Notes under the pieces: generated by a model
Seen by the model: the letters and a program-made list of their open reading frames with translations, nothing else
Database searches by the model: none
Told to the model about the DNA's origin: nothing
Origin: an uncultured Clostridia bacterium
Lineage (GTDB): Bacteria; Bacillota; Clostridia; TANB77; CAG-508
DNA length: 64,000 nt
NCBI GenBank assembly: GCA_949538735.1
Contig: CATGLK010000006.1
Coordinates: forward strand, 19,228-83,227
Direction: 5' to 3'
Made by a program: the position numbers and the translations under genes
Part shown: positions 42,680 to 53,758 of the stretch, piece after piece
Layout: each line of letters opens with the position of its first letter
Position numbering within the stretch: the stretch's first letter is position 1

Positions 42680-43249
42680 TTATTTCTGTATCCCGTAGTT
42701 TCCTGTTGTATAGTCTCTAAAAAAGTTCACTTCTGGTGGGCAATATGTGCAAACAATGAAGCAAATTAGTAAAAATCCGACAATTATTCCTGATAAAATT
42801 TTAGTTAGTGTTGTGCTTTGTTCTTCTTTTTTCATTATTTTGTATGCAACCCATTCTCCTAAAATTATACTGAAAATGAATATTAGGATATCTATTAATA
42901 AGAAGTTTGTTCCTATTATTCCTGTGTATGTAAAGAATGTAATTGTTGTAATACATATACTTGCAAAAATTCCTATTGTTTTTGCTTCTATATAATTGTT
43001 TGCAATTTCCTTTACAAAGAAAAATTCAATTATTGCTGCAATTAGCATTGGATAAAATAATAGCTTTAGATGTTCCCATACGCTTTCGTTTACTGCTGAA
43101 AAGCTGCCTACAAATGCGTTTTCTCCTGTCCAACTATATAAAAAGTGTAGTATTGTACCAAAAAACAAGCTAAAAATTATTGCAATAATTTCTATTTGTA
43201 ATAATTTGCTTGTTTTAATTTTTTCCCATATTTTTTGTATTTCTTCCAT
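42680..43249 (-). CDS. DUF6512-like membrane protein
   Basis: GTILHFLY.W, VNESVWEHLKLLFYP, FFTYTGIIG. Confidence 0.75.
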   Translation of the reverse strand: MEEIQKIWEKIKTSKLLQIEIIAIIFSLFFGTILHFLYSWTGENAFVGSFSAVNESVWEHLKLLFYPMLIAAIIEFFFVKEIANNYIEAKTIGIFASICITTITFFTYTGIIGTNFLLIDILIFIFSIILGEWVAYKIMKKEEQSTTLTKILSGIIVGFLLICFIVCTYCPPEVNFFRDYTTGNYGIQK

Positions 43250-43444
43250 TTAGGTTACCTCCTTATTCTCATTTATATGCGTTTAAGGTGTTTTTATTCT
43301 TGTATTTTATTGTACTTTTTATTCTGTGTTTCTATATGTTTTCCACATTTATCTCACCATTTGTGGATTTTTCAAAAATAACCTTGTATATTATAGAATA
43401 TTATTTTATAATATCATTATATAAAAATATGGAGTGTTATAAAA

Positions 43445-44215
43445 ATGATTGATGTAGAACTTGCAAAAAAAGAATTTGATAAATATGTTTCGAATTTTAA
43501 TCCCAACGAGGGTAGAATTAAATTAAAAATAGAGCACATAAAAAGAGTTGCTGAAATGAGCAAAAAGCTTGCTATGAATTTAAATCTAGATGAAGAATAT
43601 ATTAAATTGGCCGAAATAATCGGTCTATTTCATGATATTGGTAGATTTAAGCAGGTTGAACTTTTCAACACTTTTAGTGACAAGGATTCTGTTAATCATG
43701 CTGAATTTAGTGTAAAGACTTTATTTGATGATAATTTAATTGCTAATTTTAATATTGATGAGAAATATCACCAAATAATAAAATCAGCTGTTTTAAATCA
43801 CAATAAACCTAGAATAGATTCGGCTTTAACAGGAGATGAGTTATTATTTGCAAAAATTATTAGGGATGCTGATAAACTTGATATCTTTTACACAATCTGT
43901 GAATATGATTTTGAGAGTATCTTTTGGTATCCTGAGTTTGACTGCGAAAGAATTAGTGATATTATTATAAATCAGTTTATAAATGATCATTCAATTAATT
44001 ATCCTGATATAAAGACAAATGCTGATGTAATTCTTTGTTTTTATGCTTATATTTATGATTTTAATTTTGATTTTTCTTTGGGATTTTTGAAGACCAAAGA
44101 TTATTTAGAAACTTTTGCTGGTCGTGTTAAGCAAAAGTTCAGTAGCGAGATTGTAGGTCAACAAGTAGATGAGATTTTAAAGATTTCTAATGATTATTTA
44201 AATAGTATTTTTTAG
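43445..44215 (+). CDS. HD-domain protein
   Basis: KIEH..RV, HDIGRF.Q, NHAE, IRDADKLDI. Confidence 0.88.
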   Translation: MIDVELAKKEFDKYVSNFNPNEGRIKLKIEHIKRVAEMSKKLAMNLNLDEEYIKLAEIIGLFHDIGRFKQVELFNTFSDKDSVNHAEFSVKTLFDDNLIANFNIDEKYHQIIKSAVLNHNKPRIDSALTGDELLFAKIIRDADKLDIFYTICEYDFESIFWYPEFDCERISDIIINQFINDHSINYPDIKTNADVILCFYAYIYDFNFDFSLGFLKTKDYLETFAGRVKQKFSSEIVGQQVDEILKISNDYLNSIF

Positions 44216-44241
44216 GCTTGAATTAATTTTAATTCAAGCCC

Positions 44242-44811
44242 TTAATTTATTTCTTTTAATATGTCATAGACTTTGTGGATGGGAAGTCCTACTACTGTTG
44301 AATAATTTCCGTTTATTTTTTCTATAAATACGGAAAATTCTCCTTGAATTGCATATGCTCCTGCTTTATCCATAGCTTCCCCTGTTTTTATCCAATTTTT
44401 TATTTCTTCGTCACTCATATTTTTTAGGTAAACTTCTGTTATATCATAGTCAATATATTCTTTATATTCGCTACCTTTTTGAGCTAAAATAGCTATTCCT
44501 GTTATAACTTGATGTCTTTTTCCATTTAGTTCTTGCAATATTTTTAATGCGTCTGTTTCATCTTTTGGCTTTCCATATATTTTTCCGTCTTTTATTACCA
44601 TTGTGTCTGCGCCTATAACTATTCTTTCTCCTTCTGTTTCGTTAAAGACAGTTTTTGCTTTTATATATGCTAATTTCTTTGCTTGTTCTTCTATTGTTAG
44701 GTTTTCTTCTATTATTTCTTCTGCATTGCTTACTTTTATTTCATATTTTATTTTTAACAAATCTAGTAATTCTTTTCTTCTTGGTGATTTTGATGCTAAT
44801 ATTATTTTCAT
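44242..44811 (-). CDS. maf: Maf-family nucleoside triphosphate pyrophosphatase
   Basis: ILASKSPRRKELL, IGADT, GKPKD, DKAGAYAIQG. Confidence 0.95.
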   Translation of the reverse strand: MKIILASKSPRRKELLDLLKIKYEIKVSNAEEIIEENLTIEEQAKKLAYIKAKTVFNETEGERIVIGADTMVIKDGKIYGKPKDETDALKILQELNGKRHQVITGIAILAQKGSEYKEYIDYDITEVYLKNMSDEEIKNWIKTGEAMDKAGAYAIQGEFSVFIEKINGNYSTVVGLPIHKVYDILKEIN

Positions 44812-44898
44812 TTTTATTATCATTCCTTTTCTAAAAGCACAAATTCGAATGAATTCTTTACCATTTTATGGATATTATTCAACCTTCTTTATTCCTTT

Positions 44899-45363
44899 TT
44901 ATTGATTTATTTTATGTACAGGAAGTTTATTTTCTTTTAATATGTCTTTAATTATTTTTGGTCTTATGTCGTAATTGTCTAATTTATTTATATCTAACCA
45001 TTCATATTGTAAATAATCTCTTCCTTCTATATTTTTTATTGGTTCTATTATTTGCTTGTCTTCTTCTTTCTCGAATTCTGCTTGATATACAAACATTATC
45101 TCATGATATTTTTTCTCTTTTGCTTCGAAAAAGTTTTCTATTGTTGATACGTATCCTGTAATTTCTATTTCTTTTCCTGTCTCTTCTAAAATTTCTCTTT
45201 TTAATGTGTTTTCAGAGTTTTCTCCTATCATTACTCTTCCGCCTAATAGCGCATAATGCTCTTCTTTGTTGCTTTTGTGTAGTAGGACTTTTCCTTTATG
45301 TATTATTATTCCTGCTGCTCTTACATTTAGCCTGTATTCTTCCATATCAACTGTAATGTCCAT
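44899..45363 (-). CDS. NUDIX hydrolase
   Basis: GGRVMIGENSENTLKREILEETG Nudix box. Confidence 0.9.
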   Translation of the reverse strand: MDITVDMEEYRLNVRAAGIIIHKGKVLLHKSNKEEHYALLGGRVMIGENSENTLKREILEETGKEIEITGYVSTIENFFEAKEKKYHEIMFVYQAEFEKEEDKQIIEPIKNIEGRDYLQYEWLDINKLDNYDIRPKIIKDILKENKLPVHKINQ

Positions 45364-45364
45364 T

Positions 45365-46129
45365 TTATTTTTCTCCCTTATTTTTGCTTTTTAATTTTTT
45401 ATATCCCCAGTATCCGCCACCGCCTAGAAGCCCTAATGTTATAATTCCGCCTACTGGATTTGTTTCTTCTTGGTTATTAGTTGATGTATTGCTTGTATTA
45501 TTACTATTGTTTGTTGTTGTTTTTGCTATATTATTCTCTTTTTGGGGCGTTTCTTTTATATTAATTTTCATTGTGCTTGATTTTCCGTTAGATGTGTTTG
45601 CTGTAATAGTAACTGTTCCTGACTTCTTCGCTATAATTTCTCCTGTTGAACTGACTGTTGCAATGTTTTCATCACTTGACTGCCATGTGATATTTTTGTC
45701 TGTTGTGTCGCTTGGAGTTATTGTTGCTGTTACTGTTTTGCTTTTCCCTACTTCTAAGTCTACTATGTTTTCATTTATTTGTATTCCTGTCGCATTTATT
45801 GTTTTTGGTACTTCTGTCTTTGTGGCTGTTGTTTCACTTTTAGTTGTTGAAGAAGAACTTGGTGTGCTACTTTTAGTTGACTTCGTTGATGTACTTGTAC
45901 TGCTTGATTTTGGTTTTGCTGAGTATGGACAATTTCCATTAGTATGTAAGTGTGCTGGATTTCCGCCACAGTGATAGTGATAACTTCCTAGTCCACTTTT
46001 GTTTTTGTTGTCTTTGTGTCCTCCGCTTGAATCTGTTCTTCCTGAGTGTGCATATGTACTAATTCCTATTAGTATTATGCTTAAAGTAATTATTGCATTT
46101 ATTGCTATTTTTGTTTTCCCTTTTTTCAT
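45365..46129 (-). CDS. Exported YHYH-domain protein with Ig-like domain and C-terminal anchor
   Basis: AHSGRTDSSGGH...SYHYHCGG, ITWQSSDENIATVSSTG. Confidence 0.85.
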   Translation of the reverse strand: MKKGKTKIAINAIITLSIILIGISTYAHSGRTDSSGGHKDNKNKSGLGSYHYHCGGNPAHLHTNGNCPYSAKPKSSSTSTSTKSTKSSTPSSSSTTKSETTATKTEVPKTINATGIQINENIVDLEVGKSKTVTATITPSDTTDKNITWQSSDENIATVSSTGEIIAKKSGTVTITANTSNGKSSTMKINIKETPQKENNIAKTTTNNSNNTSNTSTNNQEETNPVGGIITLGLLGGGGYWGYKKLKSKNKGEK

Positions 46130-46168
46130 TTTTTCCCCTTTATTTTCTTATATTTTATATTTTGTTTT

Positions 46169-46522
46169 TTATATTAGTTCTTTCCATTTTTCTTCTTTAA
46201 AACCTATTAGTATTACTTCGTCTGATATTAATATCGGTCTTTTTATTAGCATTCCGTCACTTGCTAGTAGTTTTATTTTTTCCTTTTGGCTCATTGTTCC
46301 TAGTTTGTCTTTTAGGTTTAACTCTTTGTATTTTAGTCCACTTGTGTTGAACCATTTTTTTATGTCTTGTCCGCTTTTTTGTATCCATTTTTCTAGTTCT
46401 TGCTCTGTTGGTGTTTCTGTTACAATGTTTCTTTCTTCTGCTTCTATTTTGTTTTCTTGTAACCATTTTTTTGCTTTTTTGCATGTTGTACATTTTGGGT
46501 ATTCTATAAATGTGTTTTTCAT
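46169..46522 (-). CDS. ArsC/Spx-family protein
   Basis: YPKCTTCKKAKKWL, GMLIKRPIL. Confidence 0.92.
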   Translation of the reverse strand: MKNTFIEYPKCTTCKKAKKWLQENKIEAEERNIVTETPTEQELEKWIQKSGQDIKKWFNTSGLKYKELNLKDKLGTMSQKEKIKLLASDGMLIKRPILISDEVILIGFKEEKWKELI

Positions 46523-46692
46523 GTTTTTTGGTCCTTTCTTTTGTTTTTTCTTGTTTGCTTGCTTTCTTTTGTTTTGCTTTATTATACTATTTTTATTTTG
46601 TTTTGTCTATTGGCTTAGTTTGTCATTTTGGGAGTTGTTTTTTATTCTAGTATATTTTTTGCGGATGCTGTGCAAAATCAGTTATATGCACT

Positions 46693-46855
46693 ATTTACAT
46701 TCTATTATACTTAAATTACTACTGCGACAATAAAAAGAGCATGCAAAATAGCATATTTATTTATATTCTACTATATTTAGATTACTACTATAACCGAATA
46801 ATCAATCTTTTGTGCAATAAGAGATATTTACATTCTACTATATTTGAATTACTAC
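46693..46855 (-). CRISPR. Orphan mini CRISPR array, 3 repeats / 2 spacers, different repeat type
   Basis: 30-nt repeats ATTTA(C/T)ATTCTA(C/T)TATA(C/T)TT(A/G)(A/G)ATTACTAC at 46693, 46759, 46826; spacers 36 and 37 nt. Confidence 0.7.
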
Positions 46856-47022
46856 TTGAAAAAATTTTAAGGATTGTTCCTGAACAGAGTGAAAAACACA
46901 TTGAGAAGCAGTTAAAAATACTTAATGATAATCTTTTTGATTATATTTGCTATTGGAATAAGATGTATTATAGAAATGGACTTTGTGATGGGGCAGAACT
47001 TATTAGTAGTTCTTTTGAATAA
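46856..47022 (+). pseudogene. Probable 3' remnant of a small gene
   Basis: Protein-like LEKILRIVPE...YWNKMYYRNGLCDG begins right after the last repeat and has no start of its own. Confidence 0.4.
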
Positions 47023-47074
47023 ATAATAAAGATTGGAATATCAATTTTACTTCTTGATATTCCCTTCTTATTTA

Positions 47075-47857
47075 TCATATATCTTTATTATTGATAATTA
47101 AACTATTATCTTTTTGGGGAACAATTTTTCCATTTAAGTATTTACATATATCTTCATAACTATATCCAAATAAATCTTTATAATAAATTTCCGTATTAGT
47201 TATGTATGTATTATTTGATACATCTCTACTCCTACTATTGTAAAAATCAATAGAATTAAATACAATAAACATACTCTCTCCTGATGAAATTGCTTTGCGT
47301 TTTATTATTTTATTAAGTATAACTTTGCTTATTTCTCTTTTTGAAATTTCTTTACCTTCAATAATTCCTTCATGTCTATCATACTCTATTGTAAAGTTAC
47401 TTTTATTAACATCTATTATTGCAACACTAGCTCCAGTATTTTTTATTTCAAGAATCAAATAATCTTTTGCACTATTAATGCCATCTATTCCAAAATTATT
47501 ATAAATAAATAATTGTCTATTCAAATTATTTATGTTTTGCTCCAAAAAATCTTTATCCAATATTGCCCAATTAACATCTAAATATGGTCTTTGAGATGTT
47601 CTTAGAATTTCATTATTATCTCTTCTATCCATTTTTGTAATGAATAATAAGAAAAGTGCGCTTACAATTGTTCCTGCATAAGTTCCTATAAATGACATCC
47701 AATCATACTTTTCAGTCAAATTATCTATATATGGAAAGAAAAAATGTCCTAGATTTACTAAATCTATTATAAAAACTGCTATAGGAACTAGAAATATCAT
47801 CCACAATATTTTTGAAGTTTCTTTTTCTTCATTATATTCTTTTTTTAATTTTTTCAT
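47075..47857 (-). CDS. Hypothetical membrane protein
   Basis: Two TM segments, W.SFIGTY.G, RPYL, IKNTG. Confidence 0.75.
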   Translation of the reverse strand: MKKLKKEYNEEKETSKILWMIFLVPIAVFIIDLVNLGHFFFPYIDNLTEKYDWMSFIGTYAGTIVSALFLLFITKMDRRDNNEILRTSQRPYLDVNWAILDKDFLEQNINNLNRQLFIYNNFGIDGINSAKDYLILEIKNTGASVAIIDVNKSNFTIEYDRHEGIIEGKEISKREISKVILNKIIKRKAISSGESMFIVFNSIDFYNSRSRDVSNNTYITNTEIYYKDLFGYSYEDICKYLNGKIVPQKDNSLIINNKDI

Positions 47858-48050
47858 ACATTGCCTCTTTTCATTATCAAAGGAAGCAAAATACTGGTGT
47901 AATTTTAATTACATTTATACTTGCTTCTTTTGTTTATTTTTATTCTTATTATCATAATTTTATTTTATATATAATATTCTTAATTTTTTATAACACATAT
48001 AAATAAAAAAATAATAACCAAAGTAGTTTTTTACTTTGGTTATTTTATCT

Positions 48051-48170
48051 TTAATTAGGTGTTGATCTACGATGACCTTTTACTTTTGTTCCATCTTTTT
48101 TAGTGTACCCATTTACTGGTACTATTTTCTTTTCTTGTTTTCCCGAGTTACTACTCTTTGTTTTTGCCAT
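48051..48170 (-). CDS. 39-aa basic peptide
   Basis: AAGGAG RBS; MAKTKSSNSGKQEKKIVPVNGYTKKDGTKVKGHRRSTPN; followed by a hairpin. Confidence 0.6.
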   Translation of the reverse strand: MAKTKSSNSGKQEKKIVPVNGYTKKDGTKVKGHRRSTPN

Positions 48171-49077
48171 ATTTTTCATCTCCTTTCATATATTTATTAA
48201 TTTTTTCTTCCCAATTTAGATAATGGTAAATTCTATCAATATGCATTTTATTGTTTAATACTTCTGTTTTTGTAAGTTTAGAAATCTCTTCCCAATTTTT
48301 ATCTAATATATATGTTGCATTATTAGGCATTAAACTTTCTAATATTGCATATTTACCACAAATAAATACTATGTATCCCTTAAATTCTTGTGTTCCTACT
48401 GCTATATTTTCATTACTATTTTCAATAAGCTTGTCTATATTTCTTATGTACATACTTGCTCTGTTTTGACTTACTTCTTCTCTTATGATGTTTCTTATTC
48501 TTTCTTTAGTTTGCTTTCCTGATCTTAGTATCTCCCATTTTACTGATCTTACAGTTTTTATTGGCTCTTTCATATTTATATTTACTATATTGCATTTACC
48601 AAATATGCTTAATATCATATTAATTAATAATTTAATGTCTTCGTAATTTTCCTGTGAGTTTTTTATTTTTCTTGAAGTTATCCATTTATTTTTTGAATTA
48701 TCCTCTACTATCATAAATTCTAATGCTTTTGGTGGTAAATATTCCCTTGGGTATCTTTCATATGGTATATATTTGTAATCTGAGTGTACATTATGCCCCC
48801 AGTCCTCCCATGACCATTCCCAATATCTCTCTGCTGTTTCCTTTGGTAAATCCTTTCTTATAATACATTTTCCCTCCGCATTTTCATATGTACTTTTTGA
48901 AATACTAGAACTTGGTACTATTATTTCTCCAACTACTATTTGGGAATCAAATCCCATTTCTATTACTTTTCTTTTATTTTCTTCTGTTACCTCTATTACC
49001 ACTCTTACCTCTTCGTTTTCTTTAAACTCTGTTAAATATTTTTTTGGATTTCTTATTCTTTTTCTATTTATTTTCAT
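48151..49077 (-). CDS. Hypothetical protein
   Basis: About 308-aa ORF with RBS; Trp-rich YWEWSWEDWG; no family recognised. Confidence 0.75.
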   Translation of the reverse strand: MKINRKRIRNPKKYLTEFKENEEVRVVIEVTEENKRKVIEMGFDSQIVVGEIIVPSSSISKSTYENAEGKCIIRKDLPKETAERYWEWSWEDWGHNVHSDYKYIPYERYPREYLPPKALEFMIVEDNSKNKWITSRKIKNSQENYEDIKLLINMILSIFGKCNIVNINMKEPIKTVRSVKWEILRSGKQTKERIRNIIREEVSQNRASMYIRNIDKLIENSNENIAVGTQEFKGYIVFICGKYAILESLMPNNATYILDKNWEEISKLTKTEVLNNKMHIDRIYHYLNWEEKINKYMKGDEKYGKNKE

Positions 49078-49231
49078 TTTAATTTTCATTCCTTTCATCT
49101 AATATTCTTTTTTTCATCTTTTTATATTAAAAACTTATTTAATATAAAAAATATTCTCTTGTTAAAATTTAAATTTCTTTTCATGTTTTCTCCTTTCCTT
49201 ATAAAATAAAGGCACAGTTTAAAACTGTACC

Positions 49232-49960
49232 TTATATAATCTGAACTAAAGTCATATATTCATTTAATTTATTAAAATATATAGTTTCTTCATAACATGA
49301 ATATAAACCTTCATCTTCAGATAACCATAAATTTAATTCTACATTTCTTGATAGAATGTCTCTTTCTTGTTCTATTCTTGCTAAATCTATACCTTTGTGC
49401 TTTTTATCAAAAAAGATTTCTCCATTTGACTTATGCCACCATTTTATGGTGTTATTTTTATGATATAATAGGATTATATTGTCATTTGTTAATTCTGCTA
49501 CTCTAATAGCAGTAGAAGTTAGTGACATCCTATATTTTTTTGATATTTGTTTTATTAATTCAAAGTTAACATCATTTTCTTTAATTATATTTCCAATAAT
49601 TTTACTGGGTAATAGTAACTCTACTGCAAATCTATCAGCCTCATCTTCTTTTTGTTTACTTGTACATATTGTAGACAAATCTTCTTTAGAAAAATAATGT
49701 GTTCCTCTATGTATTAATATATGTCCTAATTCGTGAGCTAGTGTAAATCTTTTTTGTTCTTCATTATATACTTTTGAAGATATAACAATAAGTCTTTTTA
49801 ATCCTTCTACTTTAGATGCTCCTAGTATTCCTTCTTCTAATTCTGTACTCACTAGTCTAATATCCATCTTGCTTATTAAGTCTTCTATATCAATTGCTTC
49901 TTCAATATTTAAATTATAGTCATATATCAATTCGTTTACAATTTTAGTTGGATTATTCAT
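49232..49960 (-). CDS. ImmA/IrrE-family metallopeptidase
   Basis: RFTLAHELGH, E.EADRFAVELLLP, SLTSTAIR. Confidence 0.9.
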   Translation of the reverse strand: MNNPTKIVNELIYDYNLNIEEAIDIEDLISKMDIRLVSTELEEGILGASKVEGLKRLIVISSKVYNEEQKRFTLAHELGHILIHRGTHYFSKEDLSTICTSKQKEDEADRFAVELLLPSKIIGNIIKENDVNFELIKQISKKYRMSLTSTAIRVAELTNDNIILLYHKNNTIKWWHKSNGEIFFDKKHKGIDLARIEQERDILSRNVELNLWLSEDEGLYSCYEETIYFNKLNEYMTLVQII

Positions 49961-50267
49961 CTTTAAATTCCTCTTCAAATATTTCTTCTATCTTTTTTAT
50001 GGTATCTTCACTTGTAACTTTACTTCTAAAATTAACAACAGTATCTACTTGATATAATTCATTTTTATATTCATCTATCTTTTCAAATAATTGTTTAAAA
50101 GATTTTGTTACATTATTTGATTTTATTATATTTATGTATTTTATTTCATCCATAAATTCTATATAATCCGTTGGTAACAATTCACTTTTAAAATATTCAA
50201 AATCTATACTCTGTTTTTCATTTATTAAATCAGTATATTTATCTAAAGCATATTCTATACTAATCAT
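49953..50267 (-). CDS. Small acidic protein, possible anti-sigma factor
   Basis: 104 aa, between ECF sigma and ImmA/IrrE, overlapping the latter. Confidence 0.6.
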   Translation of the reverse strand: MISIEYALDKYTDLINEKQSIDFEYFKSELLPTDYIEFMDEIKYINIIKSNNVTKSFKQLFEKIDEYKNELYQVDTVVNFRSKVTSEDTIKKIEEIFEEEFKDE

Positions 50268-50311
50268 TTTTTCTCCTCCTATTTATATATGTCTTTTTTT
50301 CAAAAAATTGG

Positions 50312-50896
50312 TCACATTTCTTCATAATTTTTTTTAAATTTTTTCACAGCTCTTCTATATCGAGAATAAATAGCTTCTATATTTTCTCCTGTTAACTCAC
50401 CTATTTTTTTTGCGGTTATTCCTTTTATAGCTCTTAATTGTATTATTTGTTTATCTTCAGTTTGAAGTTTATTCATTGCCATATTAATTTTCTCAATTTC
50501 TTCTTTCTTTATAATTATTATTGCAGGATCCTGATTATAGTAATTATAATCTTCATCTGCTATTTTTTCTTCATCTAATTCTATTACTGTAATATTATTT
50601 TTCTTTCTTATTTTTTCTCTACATTTATTTTTGGCAAATCCTAATACAAATGTTGTAAATTGGCATTTCCCATTATATTTGCATATCTTTTCTACACTTT
50701 CTACCAGAGTTTCTTCTATTATTTCATCTCTATCTTCTTCTGTAAGAATACTTTTTGCCGTGTAATTATATACATATCCTGGTAATTTTTCATAAACTTT
50801 CGCATATAGTATTTTTCCGCTATCTGTATTACCACTAATATATTCATCCACTAATTTATAATCATCCAAATATGTAATATCTTTTAACATCTTCAT
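50312..50896 (-). CDS. ECF-type sigma-70 factor
   Basis: Region 2-like DEIIEETL...FTTFVLGFAKNKC; region 4 HTH TAKKIGELTGEN..AIYSRYRRA. Confidence 0.85.
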   Translation of the reverse strand: MKMLKDITYLDDYKLVDEYISGNTDSGKILYAKVYEKLPGYVYNYTAKSILTEEDRDEIIEETLVESVEKICKYNGKCQFTTFVLGFAKNKCREKIRKKNNITVIELDEEKIADEDYNYYNQDPAIIIIKKEEIEKINMAMNKLQTEDKQIIQLRAIKGITAKKIGELTGENIEAIYSRYRRAVKKFKKNYEEM

Positions 50897-51040
50897 ACCT
50901 CTCTTTAACTTTAATCCATTCTAAGTAAAAATTTTGTCTAACTTTGTGAATTATTATTATATTTATACTAACTTCCACTATCAATAACATTTGTAAGATA
51001 CTAACTCATGTACACTCTTGTATTCAATTACAAATAAAAC

Positions 51041-52814
51041 CTAGTTTATATTAGGCATTCTTTGTACTTTAACATAATCTCTAATTTGTCTATAATCCTT
51101 TATAGATTTCACATTTTGAGAAAATTCAACAAAATCATCACAAGACCATGGATATATCTCCACACCAGAAACTCCTTTTTCAACAGCTACTTGATTCCCA
51201 ACTTCTTTATGTATAAATGGAGCTAGAAACAAAGCAAACCATTCTTTATACTTTTTTTTATCGTTAATATCACTATTTGCAGAACAAATTAAATGACTTC
51301 TAATAGATGTAATTTCATGTTCACATTGAAATGATTTTGAAGTTGCTATTGTTGGTTCTAGTAATGCATGAATATTTCCTTCATATACATCTATATCCGC
51401 GCCTATGTTTCTAGAATTTCCCCCAGGTGCTGTTTTAAATGGAATCCCTTGATCATCTGCTTTGTAATTTGCGATAACTTTTAATCTCGGCAATGCCTTT
51501 TTTATTATAATAGCAACTAAAAATTCTAATCTTACAGTTGATTTTATATATTTTAAAACTTCGTTTTGCGTTCCATTTTTTCCATTTTTAAAAACATTTT
51601 TTATTTCTTCTTTATAGAACTCCCAATCTTTTTCTTTTGCCCAATATTCAATTGCTCTTTCTTTAATATTTTTTTCTTCTTCGCTTTCTTCATTTTCTTG
51701 CTTGAATTCAAAACATTCATCTATAGTTCCCATATACTCAAAATATTCATCTTCATTCGAAAAATTTATATTCATTGAATAATTGTTCAGAATATGCTCA
51801 ATTTTATTTTTTTCATTACTATTAATATCAATGAAAGTGCCAGCACCTCTTAACGAAATCAACATTGTTAATCTTAATTTTCTAATTACTTCATCTGGGG
51901 TCTCTACTATTAACTTGTCAAATTTATAATCCTTCTTTTTACTTTCAATAAAAGTTTTAGTCGCTGGTATTAAAATGTCATTCGGTGTTGAATCATCCAT
52001 TAAATTCATCGCATGCTCATATACTATTTCATTCGAAGCTTCAAATCCGAATTCTTGACGAAATTGATAAATAAGCTCAGCTAGTGTTTTATAGTCATTA
52101 TTTCCCCATGAGATAATGAATGTAATTTCCTGTCTTGTTATTCCCTTATAATTATATTTTTTATCTAAATATTTAATAACATTAAGCACTAGCGGAAAGA
52201 AATTAACACTAATTGTATTCTTCCTATAAGGATTATTTATTTGATACTTACAAAAAGCATTTAAAAATGCACTTTGTTCATATGTTTCGTCAAATTTATC
52301 TTCAATTGGATAACCATTCTCATACGTTTTTATCATAAGCTTTCCATTATCAGATATTTTAATTTTTTCTCCCTTTATTACTCTTACTAACCCTAATTCA
52401 TTTAAAAAATTAAACTGTGTATGTATTCTTGACTCCCAACCGTCCATTCCAGCCTTTGTCTTTATGAGCTGTGATTGTATTTTTTAACAAATATATTATT
52501 TTTTCTATATTCATTTCTCCTGGATTCGAGTCTGCCCATTCATTATAATATAGTAATACTCTATTAGAAGCATCCTTAGATTGATCTTCCGCTATAAAAT
52601 TAAATTTATCATGATATTCTCTTACATATGTCCCCAGTGTTTCTTTAGTCGGTTCAAAAATCTTATATTTAATTATCTCTCCTTCTAATTTTAAAGCAAC
52701 TTCATCATCAATTATTTGATTTTCAAATTTTGATAGAATTGAAATGAACTGCGGTATACGTTCAGGATTCCTTATAGTTGTATCAAATGATATAGGCTTT
52801 CTTCTACTTGGCAT
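51041..52814 (-). CDS. AlwI-family type IIS restriction endonuclease, 590 aa after +1 shift at CGG (52442-52440)
   Basis: N-terminal SFDTTIRNPERI; junction HKDKGWNG-G-WESRIHTQF; C-terminal TAPGG..ADI..LEPT. Confidence 0.75.
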
Positions 52815-52836
52815 GTTATACTTTCTCCCCTTTATA

Positions 52837-53758
52837 TTAATTATTCTTTTTATAGTTAGTAACAAATATTTCTTTAGAAGTACTTTTTATAGTATTGTCG
52901 TTGAAACTAATATAATTACTATCAACATCATATACATTATATTTTTTAGACCATTTATTAAATGTCACATTTTCTTTTCCTTTGTGATATATTAAATTTG
53001 TTATTCCAAATTTAATTCCTTTTTCATCTAATTCATCTAAAAAGTTACACATCTCAACTTCCTTTTTATGGTTCCATAGCTTATTATATTCACTCATAGA
53101 TATTAGGTATGGTGGATCTAAAAACACATAATCTTTTTCTTTAATATCTATATTATTAAGAAATTTTTGATAGTCAGTATTTTCAAAAATTACTTCGTTG
53201 TTTTTTCTAAAATTTAGATAATTAATTAATGCTTTATAAACATTTTTATTAAAATCTACATTTCCAACTGGTAAATTAAAATCCCCTTTTGAATTAAATC
53301 TAATCATGTGATTGAATCCATATATTAATAATAAGTATAGTAATAAAACATTATCTTTATTTTCATTATAGTCTTGTCTCATTTTTAAATAAGCATTTTT
53401 ATTGTATTTAGAATAATATGTTTTTCCATACTTCTTCTTCATTTCTTTTGGCACATTTATTCCCCTATATGAGCAGCTAAGTCCATAATAATCAATTATA
53501 TTATATAATTTTTCTAATAGTTTCTTTTCTTTGCCTGCATATCTTCCCAATTCTTTATGTAGTGATACTATGCTACTATCAACATCATTTAATACATATC
53601 TTTTTCCTGAAGAATTAAGAAACGAACTTCCTCCGTCCTACAAATGGCTCTATATAATTATTTATATCGTCTGGAAATAAACTTTTTAATTGCGGCATTA
53701 ATTTATATTTGTCTCCAACATAAAAGAAAGGAGATCTTATAATTTCTTTTTTATTCAT
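52837..53758 (-). CDS. Dam-family DNA adenine methyltransferase, 306 aa after +1 shift at CGG (53635-53633)
   Basis: RSPFFYVGDKYKL, restored motif I EPFVG-G-GS, DPPY; TAATG coupling to the upstream MTase. Confidence 0.88.

Noticed and set aside
46741-47022. 93-aa ORF as an intact gene
   Set aside because: Its first third is CRISPR repeat and spacer sequence with no RBS
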